From positions 57,757 to 121,756 of the forward strand of contig JBBASM010000004.1 in assembly GCA_040399285.1 (NCBI GenBank): 64,000 bases of DNA, written 5' to 3'. The first letter of the stretch is position 1. Each line of letters begins with the position of its first letter. Of the stretch, positions 8,461-16,968 are shown in pieces. Below the pieces are notes generated by a model. That model was not told where the DNA came from, did no database searches, and saw nothing but the letters and a program-made list of their open reading frames with translations. Both the position numbers and the translations under genes were made by a program. The stretch comes from Prochlorococcaceae cyanobacterium (lineage in GTDB: Bacteria; Cyanobacteriota; Cyanobacteriia; PCC-6307; Cyanobiaceae).

Positions 8461-8747
8461 CACTGGCCCCCCGCGGCAATCCGGGCCGCATCGTCCTTCG
8501 CCGCATCGGGATCCCAGTGGTCGATGATTCCCACGATCGTCAGATCACTGGGGTACGACTTGCTGCCGGCTGCTTCCCGGGCCGCCGAACTGCCCACGCA
8601 GATCACCCAGTCACCGGGGATGGCACCCACGGCATCCACGGCCACCTTCTGGGTACTGCCGTCGAGCACCACCTGCAGGTGCTTGTGCTCGAAATCGGGG
8701 ATGCGATTGGTGGACACCAGGGGCTTCACCACCTTGCAGATCAACAT
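8460..8747 (-). CDS. csoS4A: Carboxysome vertex pentamer protein CsoS4A (EutN/CcmL family)
   Basis: MLICKVVKPLVSTNRIPDFEHKHLQVVLDG...SDLTIVGIIDHWDPD. The ATG at 8747 lies 2 nt after the csoSCA stop. The track ORF extends to 8771. Confidence 0.85.
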   Translation of the reverse strand: MLICKVVKPLVSTNRIPDFEHKHLQVVLDGSTQKVAVDAVGAIPGDWVICVGSSAAREAAGSKSYPSDLTIVGIIDHWDPDAAKDDAARIAAGGQ

Positions 8748-8748
8748 C

Positions 8749-10413
8749 TCAGTGGCCTCCTTCGGTGGCAAAGGTGATCGTTGAAGCTACTGTTTCAGCC
8801 GGCACGTGGGAGTCGCGGTCGCGCAGGCTGATCAGGGCATGCAGCAGTCCCTGCTGGCAGAGATCGCTGTAGCGGTTGCGGATGGCCTCCAGCACCCGTT
8901 CGGCATGGCGCAGGGCCCGCTCCCGCGCTCCAGGCACCTGGCCGTGATAATCGAAGCGCAACACCACAGGAATCGGCAGGCCACGCGACACATTCAGCCC
9001 CTTGAAGATCTTCACGCCCACATCGAGATCGGGCGCGCCCTCCTCCAGGGTGTCGAGGTGGGCGAAATAGGTGAGGTTGCGCAGATGGATCTCCTTGAAG
9101 CCGATGCCCACGCCGATGAAGCGCTCGGCATGGCCCTCTTCGCCGTAGTGGCCCTGATGGCGCTCGCGCACGAAGTCGATCTGGGAGATGTTGTGCTCCA
9201 GCAGACGGCTCACCAGCTTCACCAGGCCTGGATCCGGAGCTGACGGGGCGGCAGCCTGCACCATGGACGCGATCGTGCGGCGAGCCTCCTCGACCGAGAG
9301 GTGCTGGGTGGCGGCATACACCTCCTGGGCGTCCAGCCAGCTGTCCAGGCGGGTGCTGCCGTCCAGTCCTGGCACATGCACGCGGATGGCGTCGGTGTCG
9401 GTGTCCAACCCCAGCAGCAGCAGGTCCACCGACGCGCCGCAGCAGAAGCTGTTCTCCACGGCCTGCTGGAACTGGCGCAGCCGCTCCAGGCCGCAGCTGG
9501 CGGCCAGCACATCGTCACTGCCATGGGCCGCACAGCCCTGGTGGGTGGGATCGAGGGAACTGAAGTGGTACATCACCACCTTCAGGTAGCGGGTGTCCGC
9601 ATGGGCGGAATTGGGCACCCCTTCGCGGTAGCGCTGGTGCTCGGTGCGCACCCAGCGGTTCACCGTGTTCTCCACATCGAACAGGGCCCCGGCATGGGGA
9701 CGGCGGCGGACGGAGCTGTAGGGGATGCGCAGGGCGAAGGCGATGGCGTGGGCCAGGCGGCCATCGGCGCAGGGGGTGACATCGAGCAGGTGGAAGCCGC
9801 AGGAGAGCAGGAAGCTCTCGAACTCCTGGGCCGCGCTGGATCCGGGCCTGCCGGCCAGGGGATCGGTGCTGAAGAACTCGATGCTGGTCTGCTCGTAGGC
9901 CTCGAACACACACCAGGCGAACAGGGTGCGCATATCCAGCTGATTCACCCAGGCCGTCTCCAGGATCGGCAGGGGCAGGTCGTAGCCCAGCTCCGCGCGG
10001 GCCAGGCGCTGGGCCTGCTCCACGAAATCATCGTCATGCTGCAGGGCCGAGATGCGCTTGAGCACCGGCACGATGCGGTCGAACCGGTGCTTCACCGACT
10101 GGTTGTAGGCCTCCAGGGCGGCATTGGTGGCCGCATCGCTGAGCGGATGGCTGGCTGCGGGGCCCCTGCGGGGAATGGGCACCACCGCGGGGGAGCCAAA
10201 CTCCGGGCGTCGCGGCCTGGGCTGGCGGGTGGGCAGGACCGCTGCCGTGGGGGTGAGGCTGCGTGCCTGCTGCATGGCTGCCCGGGCACGGGTGCCGCGC
10301 AGGATCGCCGGAGTGTCCGGGGCACCAGCCCGTTCAGGGGAAGGGAGCCCCGGGCGGCGGCGGGGAGCCGTCGGCGCCTGGGGAGGTTCTGCGGAGGCCG
10401 GACGACGGGGCAT
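8749..10413 (-). CDS. csoSCA: Carboxysomal carbonic anhydrase CsoSCA (CsoS3)
   Basis: 554 aa located between csoS2 and csoS4A. The CsoSCA-type catalytic region is present (HLLDVTPCADGRLAHAIAFALRIP, VVMYHFSSLDPTHQGCAAHGSDD). Confidence 0.85.
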   Translation of the reverse strand: MPRRPASAEPPQAPTAPRRRPGLPSPERAGAPDTPAILRGTRARAAMQQARSLTPTAAVLPTRQPRPRRPEFGSPAVVPIPRRGPAASHPLSDAATNAALEAYNQSVKHRFDRIVPVLKRISALQHDDDFVEQAQRLARAELGYDLPLPILETAWVNQLDMRTLFAWCVFEAYEQTSIEFFSTDPLAGRPGSSAAQEFESFLLSCGFHLLDVTPCADGRLAHAIAFALRIPYSSVRRRPHAGALFDVENTVNRWVRTEHQRYREGVPNSAHADTRYLKVVMYHFSSLDPTHQGCAAHGSDDVLAASCGLERLRQFQQAVENSFCCGASVDLLLLGLDTDTDAIRVHVPGLDGSTRLDSWLDAQEVYAATQHLSVEEARRTIASMVQAAAPSAPDPGLVKLVSRLLEHNISQIDFVRERHQGHYGEEGHAERFIGVGIGFKEIHLRNLTYFAHLDTLEEGAPDLDVGVKIFKGLNVSRGLPIPVVLRFDYHGQVPGARERALRHAERVLEAIRNRYSDLCQQGLLHALISLRDRDSHVPAETVASTITFATEGGH

Positions 10414-10419
10414 GCCGAA

Positions 10420-12807
10420 TCAGCCCCGGGCTCCGCCGGAGACGGTGATCAGGGATCCGGCCTGGGTGTTGCCACTGGAGCCGGTGACCCGGCTCACGGG
10501 CTCGGGCACCGACTCATTGCGCTTGGGCTGGACAGCAGGCATGGCTGACCCCGGCATGGCCGTCATCGGACCAGGACGGGTTGGGTTGCGGCGTCGGGCC
10601 GACGCTCCCTCGGTGCCGGTGACCCGCTCACCACGATCCCAGTCGTCGCCGGTGATCTTCAGGCCAGCAGAAATGCCCTCGCCGGTGACCCGGCTCACGG
10701 GCCTGGCATCGTCATCCACGGAAACGGGAGCGACCTGCACAGGCCCACGGGAGAGCTGGGCACCGCGACGATCAAAGCGGAATTGCTCGGTGCCGGTGAC
10801 CTTGCCACCGGCCATGTCAAAAGGGCCGGTGATGCGGCTTCCCTGCTCGTAGCTGGTGCCGGTCACGCCACCACTGCGCTCGCGCGCCTGCTGGGCAACC
10901 CGGGCCGGCGACTGCACGCTGAACTGCTGCCAGGGCTTGCTGCCCTCCAGGGGCTGGGGGAAATCGGCATCGCCGACGGCAGCCGCACCGCAGGCCTGGA
11001 TCTGCTGGTCGGCGCCCACATAGGGCGTGCCGGTCACGTCCTCACAGGCGCCGCGCTCGGCGCCGGTCATCACGCCGCCGATGCCGGGCTGGATGCCGCT
11101 CATGCGGCTGGCGCCGCGCACGGGAGTGCGCTCTCGGATGCTGCGCACCTGGGGGGTGGGGCAGTGGTCGGAGGCCTGTTCGAGACCGGCGTAGGGGGTG
11201 CCGGTCACGGCCTTGCAAGTGCCGGCCTCATCACCGGTCACCTTGCCGCTGCGACCGGTGCGGGTGCCGCTCACCACCTGGGCACGGTTGGTGACGCTGA
11301 AGCCCACCTTGGCCGGCTCAGGCGCGGGGCGGGCACCGCAGAACTGCTCGTACTGCTGGGTGCCGATGTACTCGTCGCCGGTGATGATCCGGCAGGAGCC
11401 CGGCTCATCGCCGGTGACCTGGCCACTGCGACCCACGTGGGTGCCGGTAATGCCGGTGCCGCGCAAAGTGTGCAGCGTGGCCACCTTGGTGGGAGCCCGA
11501 CCCGGCGCAGGCGGCTCGGACCCCAGGTACTGGTCGCCGGTGAGCTGCAGGCCTGAACCGGGCTCGTCACCGGTGACTTTCTCCGATCGGCCCACCATCA
11601 CACCGGAAACGGGCTGGCCGGCTGCGGTCTGGCTGGCCCCCACCTTGCGGGGGGTGGCGGGCACCACGCCGCAATAGCTGCTGGCCTGGTTGGCGGACAC
11701 GTATTCGGTGCCGGTCACCAGCTTGCAGGTGCCGGGCTCATCGCCGGTCACCTTCTCGGAGCGGCCCACCTCGTTGCCGGTGACCCGGTTGCCATGGCTG
11801 GTGGCCGTCACCCGCACCTTGGCGGGCTGGCGGGTGGGGGCATCGGCCTGGCAGAAGGTCTGGAAAACCTCAGCCCCGAGATACTCCGTGCCGGTGATCG
11901 GCCGGCAGGTGGCCGCCTCGTTACCGGTGGTCTTCGGCGAGCGGTTGGCCTGGGTCCCGGTGACCACCTGGCCAGAGGTGGTCTGGCTCACGCCCACCTT
12001 CCAGTGGGCATCGGCGGCTATGGCCTGGAGGGCACCGTGGCGGTTGGGGCCGGTGGGCCGGGTGCCGCCATTGCGGGCATGGCCGGCGCTGCCCACCTTG
12101 CTCTTGAGCTCACGCACCTTCTGGGCCAGCTCCCGGGGGCTGATGTCGGGGTTGCCCTGGCGGGCCACGGAGGCCGCCAAGCTGGAACTGGGCATGGCCG
12201 CCGACTTGCCGCGCTTGGAGAGGGCTTCACGACGGGCGAGCACCAAGGCCCGGCTGGGATTGTGCTGGGCGCTGGCCTTGCGGGTGGTTCGACGCTCGCC
12301 GTTGCCGCTGGTGCGGGAGGGGCTGGAGAAACTCAGGGACGCAGGTCGTGCTGTGGAGGCAGGGGCCGATGGCGCCTCACTCTTGCGCTCCTGGCAGTTG
12401 CACTTGGCCTGAACACGGGTTGGCTCAGCGGCGGGACGCACCACCTCGGCGCGGCTGCGGTCCTTGCTGGTGCTGGCGCGCTTGCCACTGCGGCTCAGGG
12501 CTTCCCGCCGGGCCAGCACCAGGTCGCGACTGGGGTTGCTCACCCGCCGGCCACCACTGTGGCGAGAGGCTGCGGAACTGCTGAATCCGGAGGCAGCAGG
12601 GGCAGACGCAACTGCACGCGTTGGCGTGGCAGGGGTGACGGGCGCGGCCGGTCGTGCCGGGGCCGCCTCCGTGCGGGTAGGACGGGCATCCTCAGCCGTA
12701 CGTACGCGGCTGGCACCAGAGGTGAAGCGACCTGCGGCCTTCTTGCCGCCTGTGGTCAGGGCCTTGCGACGCTCTAGCGCTGCTTCCCGACTGGATGTGC
12801 TGGCCAT
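10420..12807 (-). CDS. csoS2: Carboxysome scaffold protein CsoS2
   Basis: Basic, intrinsically repetitive protein. N-terminal repeats are SREAALERRKALTTGGK, SRDLVLARREALSRSGK and SRALVLARREALSKRGK. The middle region has repeated VTGxxxGRSxKVTGDEPGTCKxVTGTEY units, and the protein ends in a C-terminal VTG-rich tail. The ATG at 12807 (MASTSS...) is preferred over the track start at 12876. Confidence 0.9.
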   Translation of the reverse strand: MASTSSREAALERRKALTTGGKKAAGRFTSGASRVRTAEDARPTRTEAAPARPAAPVTPATPTRAVASAPAASGFSSSAASRHSGGRRVSNPSRDLVLARREALSRSGKRASTSKDRSRAEVVRPAAEPTRVQAKCNCQERKSEAPSAPASTARPASLSFSSPSRTSGNGERRTTRKASAQHNPSRALVLARREALSKRGKSAAMPSSSLAASVARQGNPDISPRELAQKVRELKSKVGSAGHARNGGTRPTGPNRHGALQAIAADAHWKVGVSQTTSGQVVTGTQANRSPKTTGNEAATCRPITGTEYLGAEVFQTFCQADAPTRQPAKVRVTATSHGNRVTGNEVGRSEKVTGDEPGTCKLVTGTEYVSANQASSYCGVVPATPRKVGASQTAAGQPVSGVMVGRSEKVTGDEPGSGLQLTGDQYLGSEPPAPGRAPTKVATLHTLRGTGITGTHVGRSGQVTGDEPGSCRIITGDEYIGTQQYEQFCGARPAPEPAKVGFSVTNRAQVVSGTRTGRSGKVTGDEAGTCKAVTGTPYAGLEQASDHCPTPQVRSIRERTPVRGASRMSGIQPGIGGVMTGAERGACEDVTGTPYVGADQQIQACGAAAVGDADFPQPLEGSKPWQQFSVQSPARVAQQARERSGGVTGTSYEQGSRITGPFDMAGGKVTGTEQFRFDRRGAQLSRGPVQVAPVSVDDDARPVSRVTGEGISAGLKITGDDWDRGERVTGTEGASARRRNPTRPGPMTAMPGSAMPAVQPKRNESVPEPVSRVTGSSGNTQAGSLITVSGGARG

Positions 12808-12840
12808 GTCCGCCCGTCGAATGGAATCGTGTTGGTAGGG

Positions 12841-12921
12841 GGGGTCCCGATGCAGGTCAGGACCCCGAATGATCACCGCTGGTGATCGCAGAACCGTGCT
12901 GGAGGCCGAAGCTCAGCGGCC
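12841..12921 (-). promoter_or_regulatory. Three stem-loops in the cbbS-csoS2 spacer (candidate intra-operon attenuator or mRNA-stabilising structures)
   Basis: The stems are ggggtcc/ggacccc (12841-12866, 12-nt loop), gatcacc/ggtgatc (12871-12887, 3-nt loop) and ggccg/cggcc (12904-12921, spanning the cbbS stop). No U-tract follows any of them. Confidence 0.45.
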
Positions 12922-13254
12922 TTCGAACACCACGAAGCAAGCACCCTGGCTCTGGGTGTAGGCGTCGTAGCCCACCAGGCGCACGTGGTGGTCGGGGTAG
13001 GCCCTGTGACAGGCCTCGAGCTCGTTCACGATCACGCTCAGATCCTTCTCACCGAAGAAGGGCAGCTTCCAGAACGACCAGTAGGTGGCCATGGAACGGC
13101 TGGGATGGACGTGCTCAACGAGCGGGCTCCAACCCTGGGCAATGATGTAGGCGATCTGGTCATAGATCTCGTCCTGGGTCATCGGCGGGAGGAAGCCGAA
13201 GGTCTCCAGGGTGGCGACTGTTTGGTAGTCACCCACGGTGCTCTTGAAGGGCAT
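12913..13254 (-). CDS. cbbS: RuBisCO small subunit (form IA)
   Basis: 113 aa, MPFKSTVGDYQTVATLETFGFLPPMTQDEIYDQIAYIIAQGW...YDAYTQSQGACFVVFEGR. It lies directly downstream of cbbL. Confidence 0.95.
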   Translation of the reverse strand: MPFKSTVGDYQTVATLETFGFLPPMTQDEIYDQIAYIIAQGWSPLVEHVHPSRSMATYWSFWKLPFFGEKDLSVIVNELEACHRAYPDHHVRLVGYDAYTQSQGACFVVFEGR

Positions 13255-13351
13255 GGGGATCCTTGAGATGGATGGAATGAATGAACCTGTTCAGCTCCTG
13301 TAAGGGAGATCTGATCGCCGAAGATCAGAACCTCCCCCCAGCTGAGTCGTC

Positions 13352-14764
13352 TCAGTTGACGTCGAGCTTGTCGACGGTGTCGAACTCGAACTTGATCTCC
13401 TTCCAGGTCTCGAGGGCGATGGCCAGCTCGGGGCTGTGCTTGGCAGCCTCCAGAAGGATGTCGCGACCTTCGCGCTCGATCTCACGACCGGCGTTGCGGG
13501 CCTTGACGCAGGCCTCGAGGGCCACGCGGTTGGCAGCAGCACCGGCAGCCGAACCCCAGGGGTGACCGTGGGTACCACCACCGAACTGGAGCACGGAGTC
13601 ATCGCCGAAGATGCTCACCAGGGCCGGCATGTGCCACACGTGGATACCGCCGGAGGCCACGGCGAACACGCCGCCCATCGAACCCCAGTCCTGATCGAAG
13701 AAATTGCCGCGGCTGCGGTCTTCCGGCACGAAGGATTCGCGCAGCTGGTCGATGTAGCCCAGGGTCGACTGGCGGTCGCCCTCGAGCTTGCCCACCACGG
13801 TGCCGGTGTGGAGCTGGTCACCACCGGAGAGGCGCAGGCACTTGGCCAGCACCCGGAAGTGGATGCCGTGCTTGGGGTGACGGTCGATCACCGCGTGCAT
13901 GGCACGGTGGATGTGCAGCAGCATGCCGTTCTTGCGGCACCACTTCGCCAGACCGGTGTTGGCCGTGAAGCCACCGGTGATGTAGTCGTGCATGATGATC
14001 GGCTGCCCGAGTTCCTTGGCGAACTCGGCCCGCTCGTACATCTCCTCGGGAGTGGCGGCGGTGCAGTTGAGGTAGTGCCCCTTCTTCTCGCCGGTCTCCT
14101 GTTCGGCCAGCTTGACCGCTTCAGCCACGAACTCAAAACGGTTCTGCCAGCGCTGGAAGGGCTGGGAGTTGATGTTCTCGTCGTCCTTGGTGAAGTCGAG
14201 ACCACCGCGGAGGCACTCATACACCACACGGCCGTAGTTCTTACCGCTCAGGCCGAGCTTCGGCTTGATGGTGCAACCCAGGAGAGGGCGGCCGTACTTG
14301 TTCATCCGGTCGCGCTCAACGACGATGCCATTCGGCGGACCCATGCAGGTCTTGATGAAGGCCATCGGGAAGCGGATGTCTTCCAGACGCAGGTGGCGCA
14401 GGGCCTTGAAGCCGAACACGTTGCCGACCAGGGAGGTCAGCACGTTGGTGATGGAGCCTTCCTCGAACAGGTCGAGGGGGTAGGCGATGAAGGCATAGAA
14501 GGATTCCTTGTCACCAGGAACGTCTTCGATGCGGTAGCAGCGGCCCTTGTAGAAGTCGAGATCGGTGAGGAGCTCAGACCACACGGTGGACCAGGTGCCG
14601 GTGGAGGATTCAGCGGCCACAGCAGCGGCGACTTCTTCCTTGGGCACACCTTCCTGGCCGGTGCACTTGAAGCAGGCCAGCAGGTCGGTGTCGAGGGGGA
14701 CGTAATCAGGAGTCCAATACGTGTCGCGGTACTCCTTGACCCCGGCGTCGTACTTCTTAGCCAT
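13352..14764 (-). CDS. cbbL: RuBisCO large subunit (form IA)
   Basis: 470 aa with canonical motifs ([75 protein letters not shown]). Confidence 0.97.
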   Translation of the reverse strand: MAKKYDAGVKEYRDTYWTPDYVPLDTDLLACFKCTGQEGVPKEEVAAAVAAESSTGTWSTVWSELLTDLDFYKGRCYRIEDVPGDKESFYAFIAYPLDLFEEGSITNVLTSLVGNVFGFKALRHLRLEDIRFPMAFIKTCMGPPNGIVVERDRMNKYGRPLLGCTIKPKLGLSGKNYGRVVYECLRGGLDFTKDDENINSQPFQRWQNRFEFVAEAVKLAEQETGEKKGHYLNCTAATPEEMYERAEFAKELGQPIIMHDYITGGFTANTGLAKWCRKNGMLLHIHRAMHAVIDRHPKHGIHFRVLAKCLRLSGGDQLHTGTVVGKLEGDRQSTLGYIDQLRESFVPEDRSRGNFFDQDWGSMGGVFAVASGGIHVWHMPALVSIFGDDSVLQFGGGTHGHPWGSAAGAAANRVALEACVKARNAGREIEREGRDILLEAAKHSPELAIALETWKEIKFEFDTVDKLDVN

Positions 14765-14841
14765 GAGTAATTCTGCGGTTGGGTCGGGAAAGGGGGGAAT
14801 GGCGCTGATCGCCCTGGCTCACGCCTCAGGCGTCAGGCGAC

Positions 14842-15156
14842 TCAGTCCTTGGAACCGACGAAACCGGCGCTACCACCCAGGGCAGGCTCCACTTCGCGGT
14901 GGGGGCGGGCAATGATGTGGGCAGCCACCAGGCCGTCGCCCACGCGCTCGCAGGCGTCAGCGCCGGCGCGCACCGCGGCGTTCACAGCGCCGGTTTCGCC
15001 ACGCACCATCACGGTGACGTAGCCGCCGCCGACGAACTCGCGGGCGATCAGGCGCACCTCGGCGGCCTTGGTCATGGCGTCGGCCGCTTCAATGGCCGGC
15101 ACCAGACCGCGGGTCTCGATCATGCCGAGGGCGATGCCCATGGTTTCGTTAGCCAT
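14842..15156 (-). CDS. csoS1: Major carboxysome shell hexamer protein CsoS1 (BMC domain)
   Basis: 104 aa, MANETMGIALGMIETRGLVPAIEAADAMTKAAEVRLIAREFVGGGYVTVMVRGETGAVNAAV.... First gene of the cso operon. An AGGAG lies about 8 nt upstream of the ATG. Confidence 0.95.
   Translation of the reverse strand: MANETMGIALGMIETRGLVPAIEAADAMTKAAEVRLIAREFVGGGYVTVMVRGETGAVNAAVRAGADACERVGDGLVAAHIIARPHREVEPALGGSAGFVGSKD
14878..15138. repeat. Paralogous BMC-domain DNA repeat, copy in csoS1
   Basis: Partner of 7527-7787. The encoded 87 aa differ at only a handful of residues (for example EVRLIA vs EVTMVA, VMV vs VLV, HREV vs HSEV). Confidence 0.8.
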
Positions 15157-15355
15157 GTCCTGCTCCTGATGGAGGGGGTGTGGGTTCGCGAATCACCCTC
15201 TTGCGCCGTGCACCCCCCCGTCAAGCCATTTCAACTGTCGGCACCATCACCGTTTCATCAAAAACAGATAAGCGCAACTGATCAGAGCAACACAATTCGT
15301 TAGGCAATGCTTGGTCAGGGCCCTGCGACACAATGCCCCAATCCGCCGATGAACC
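15157..15355. promoter_or_regulatory. Divergent promoter / 5'-UTR region between csoS1 (cso operon) and rdgB
   Basis: This 199-bp intergenic stretch is visibly more A/T-rich than its flanks (for example catcaaaaacagataagcgcaactgatcagagcaacacaattcgttagg). It contains the 8-bp palindrome TTCGCGAA at about 15186-15193 within the likely csoS1 leader. I could not assign -35/-10 hexamers confidently. Confidence 0.5.
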
Positions 15356-15937
15356 GTGCCTGTTCTGGTGATCGCCAGCGGTAACCGCCACAAGGTGGCC
15401 GAGATCGGCGCCATGCTCGCGGCCCTGGATCTCGAGGTGCGCCAGCAGCCCGACGGCCTGGAGATCGAGGAGACGGGCCTCACCTACGCCGAAAACGCCC
15501 GGCTCAAAGCCGAGGCCGTCGCCTGCCTCACCGGCCAGTGGGCCCTGGCCGACGATTCGGGCCTTGAGGTGGATGCCCTGGACGGAGCCCCGGGGATCTA
15601 CTCCGCCCGCTACGCCCCCACCGACCCCGAGCGGATCGCCCGGCTGCTGCAGGACCTGGGCGACACGCCCTACCGCAGCGCCCGCTTCGTGAGCGCGATG
15701 GCCCTGGCCGACCCCAGCGGCCGCATCCGGCTGGAGGCCCAGGGGGTGTGCCAGGGGGTCATTCTCACGACCCCTGAGGGCAGCGGTGCGGGCTACGACC
15801 CGATCTTCCACGTGCGCGAGGCCGGCTGCAGCTACGCCCGCATGGGCGAGCACCTGCGCCAGCGCCTGGGCAGCCGCGCCAAGGCAGCCCGGGATCTGGC
15901 TCCCGGCTTACGTGTGTTGCTGGGCCTGGACGGCTGA
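15356..15937 (+). CDS. rdgB: Non-canonical purine NTP pyrophosphatase (RdgB/Ham1 family)
   Basis: VLVIASGNRHKVAEI..., ETGLTYAENARLKA, ADDSGLEVDALDGAPGIYSARY and GYDPIF are Ham1-family motifs. GTG start at 15356. Confidence 0.85.
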   Translation: MPVLVIASGNRHKVAEIGAMLAALDLEVRQQPDGLEIEETGLTYAENARLKAEAVACLTGQWALADDSGLEVDALDGAPGIYSARYAPTDPERIARLLQDLGDTPYRSARFVSAMALADPSGRIRLEAQGVCQGVILTTPEGSGAGYDPIFHVREAGCSYARMGEHLRQRLGSRAKAARDLAPGLRVLLGLDG

Positions 15938-15958
15938 GTCGGGCCGGCCCCCCCGGCT

Positions 15959-16804
15959 TCAGGCGCCCGCGGTGGCGTTGATGTGGTGGATGGCCCGCAT
16001 CGCCGCGGCGGCGGCCTCCTCCACATCCCCCTCGCGACCGGCCAGGGTGAGGCGGCCGAAGGCCCCTACAGCCTTCACGTCCACCACGGTGATGTTGCTG
16101 GCTTTCTCGGCCTCGTTGGCGGCGATCAGCACGTAGCCCGCAGGCTCCGTCTCCAGAATGAACATGCTCATGCCCGCCTGAATCATCGAGCCGCGGCGGT
16201 TCTGGCGGTTGATCAGCACGGCGTGGTCGGGGGTGATGGCGCGGATGATCTCGGTCCAGGTCACATCGGCCGGACTGCGCTGTTCCTTGCGGTTGCCGAT
16301 CGCCTCCAGCACCACATCACCCGAGTGGAGCACGTTGCTCTGGTCGCGGTGATAGAGGGCCAGGGAGCCGAAGGCCCGCTCCACGATCATCTGGCCCAGG
16401 CGCACGGTGCTGGCCTTGAGGGCAATGTCGGTGACCCGGTGCACGGCCATGCCCGGCGACACCTCCAGCCACAGGCAGGCATCGCCGGGGATCGGCAGGA
16501 ACCCCTGGCTCACCGTGCCCATGTAGGCCGCCAGCTGGGGCTGCAGCGAGTCGAGGAACACGTAGGTGCGCAGCTCGATCGACTCCACGTGGCTGTTGAG
16601 CCGCGTCAATCGCGCCCCCTCGCTGTCGGTGGTGATCACACAGCTGGCGCCATCGCGCTCCGGCTCCCCGGCAAGGCTGTCCACCACCGTGCCGGTGATC
16701 GCGGGCCCGCTCCGGAGCAGGGAGTTGCCCGGGAGGCGCTCCACAGCCGAAGCCCACCGGACTGGCACCGTTCGGTCCTCTCGTGGGCGGCGGGTGGAGG
16801 GCAA
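15959..16804 (-). CDS. csoS1D: Tandem-BMC-domain carboxysome shell protein CsoS1D
   Basis: [57 protein letters not shown]... and ...[45 protein letters not shown]. The start is uncertain: the track start at 16804 is TTG, and in-frame GTGs lie 12 and 20 codons downstream. Confidence 0.85.
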   Translation of the reverse strand: MPSTRRPREDRTVPVRWASAVERLPGNSLLRSGPAITGTVVDSLAGEPERDGASCVITTDSEGARLTRLNSHVESIELRTYVFLDSLQPQLAAYMGTVSQGFLPIPGDACLWLEVSPGMAVHRVTDIALKASTVRLGQMIVERAFGSLALYHRDQSNVLHSGDVVLEAIGNRKEQRSPADVTWTEIIRAITPDHAVLINRQNRRGSMIQAGMSMFILETEPAGYVLIAANEAEKASNITVVDVKAVGAFGRLTLAGREGDVEEAAAAAMRAIHHINATAGA

Positions 16805-16809
16805 AAAGT

Positions 16810-16826
16810 GGGGGGGGCGGGGGGGG
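16810..16826. repeat. Homopolymer pair G8-C-G8 (C8-G-C8 on the csoS1D coding strand)
   Basis: gtggggggggcggggggggc, read directly. It lies immediately upstream of the longest possible csoS1D start. Confidence 0.9.
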
Positions 16827-16941
16827 CTTCAGCCCAGACCAGAACGGCAGGGGATCCGTCGGGCTGGTGGTTCTGCTCTGGTTGATCTGGGCTGGTGAAT
16901 GGGAGCGGGGCCAGTGGCTGGCTTCGGCGAGGGAAACTCCA

Positions 16942-16968
16942 GTGGATGGGGTGGATGGGGTGGATGCG
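16942..16968. repeat. 9-bp tandem repeat x3 (GTGGATGGG, GTGGATGGG, GTGGATGCG)
   Basis: Read directly from the sequence, in the 387-bp non-coding spacer upstream of csoS1D. Confidence 0.9.

Noticed and set aside
10420-12807. Programmed -1 ribosomal frameshift in csoS2, as in some chemoautotroph csoS2 genes
   Set aside because: I recognised no slippery heptamer followed by a strong structure in the middle region. Cyanobacterial csoS2 genes are reported to lack it. I could not scan exhaustively by eye, so this is a soft rejection.
13436-14770. 444-aa plus-strand ORF opposite cbbL, and similar antisense ORFs (5572..6780, 9301..10548, 33573..35045, 40395..41732, 42274..43758, 52191..54581, 54392..55735)
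   Set aside because: Each lies opposite a gene with strong family motifs. Their translations are dominated by G, A, R, H, P, Q and V, with no recognisable domains. They are mirror-frame artefacts of GC-rich codon usage.
15178-15196. gggttcgcgaatcaccc resembled a tRNA T-arm (GGTTCGAATCC)
   Set aside because: It has two extra bases relative to the T-loop consensus. No acceptor, D or anticodon arms can be drawn around it. It lies in the csoS1 leader. I found no convincing tRNA elsewhere in the window by eye, but a tRNAscan run would be definitive.
16942-16968. The 3x GTGGATG(G/C)G array as DnaA boxes or part of an origin, given dnaA in the same window
   Set aside because: Only 6 of 9 positions match the box complement. 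The array is 16 kb from dnaA, no AT-rich unwinding element is adjacent, and the upstream region of dnaA lies outside the window. I report it only as a tandem repeat.
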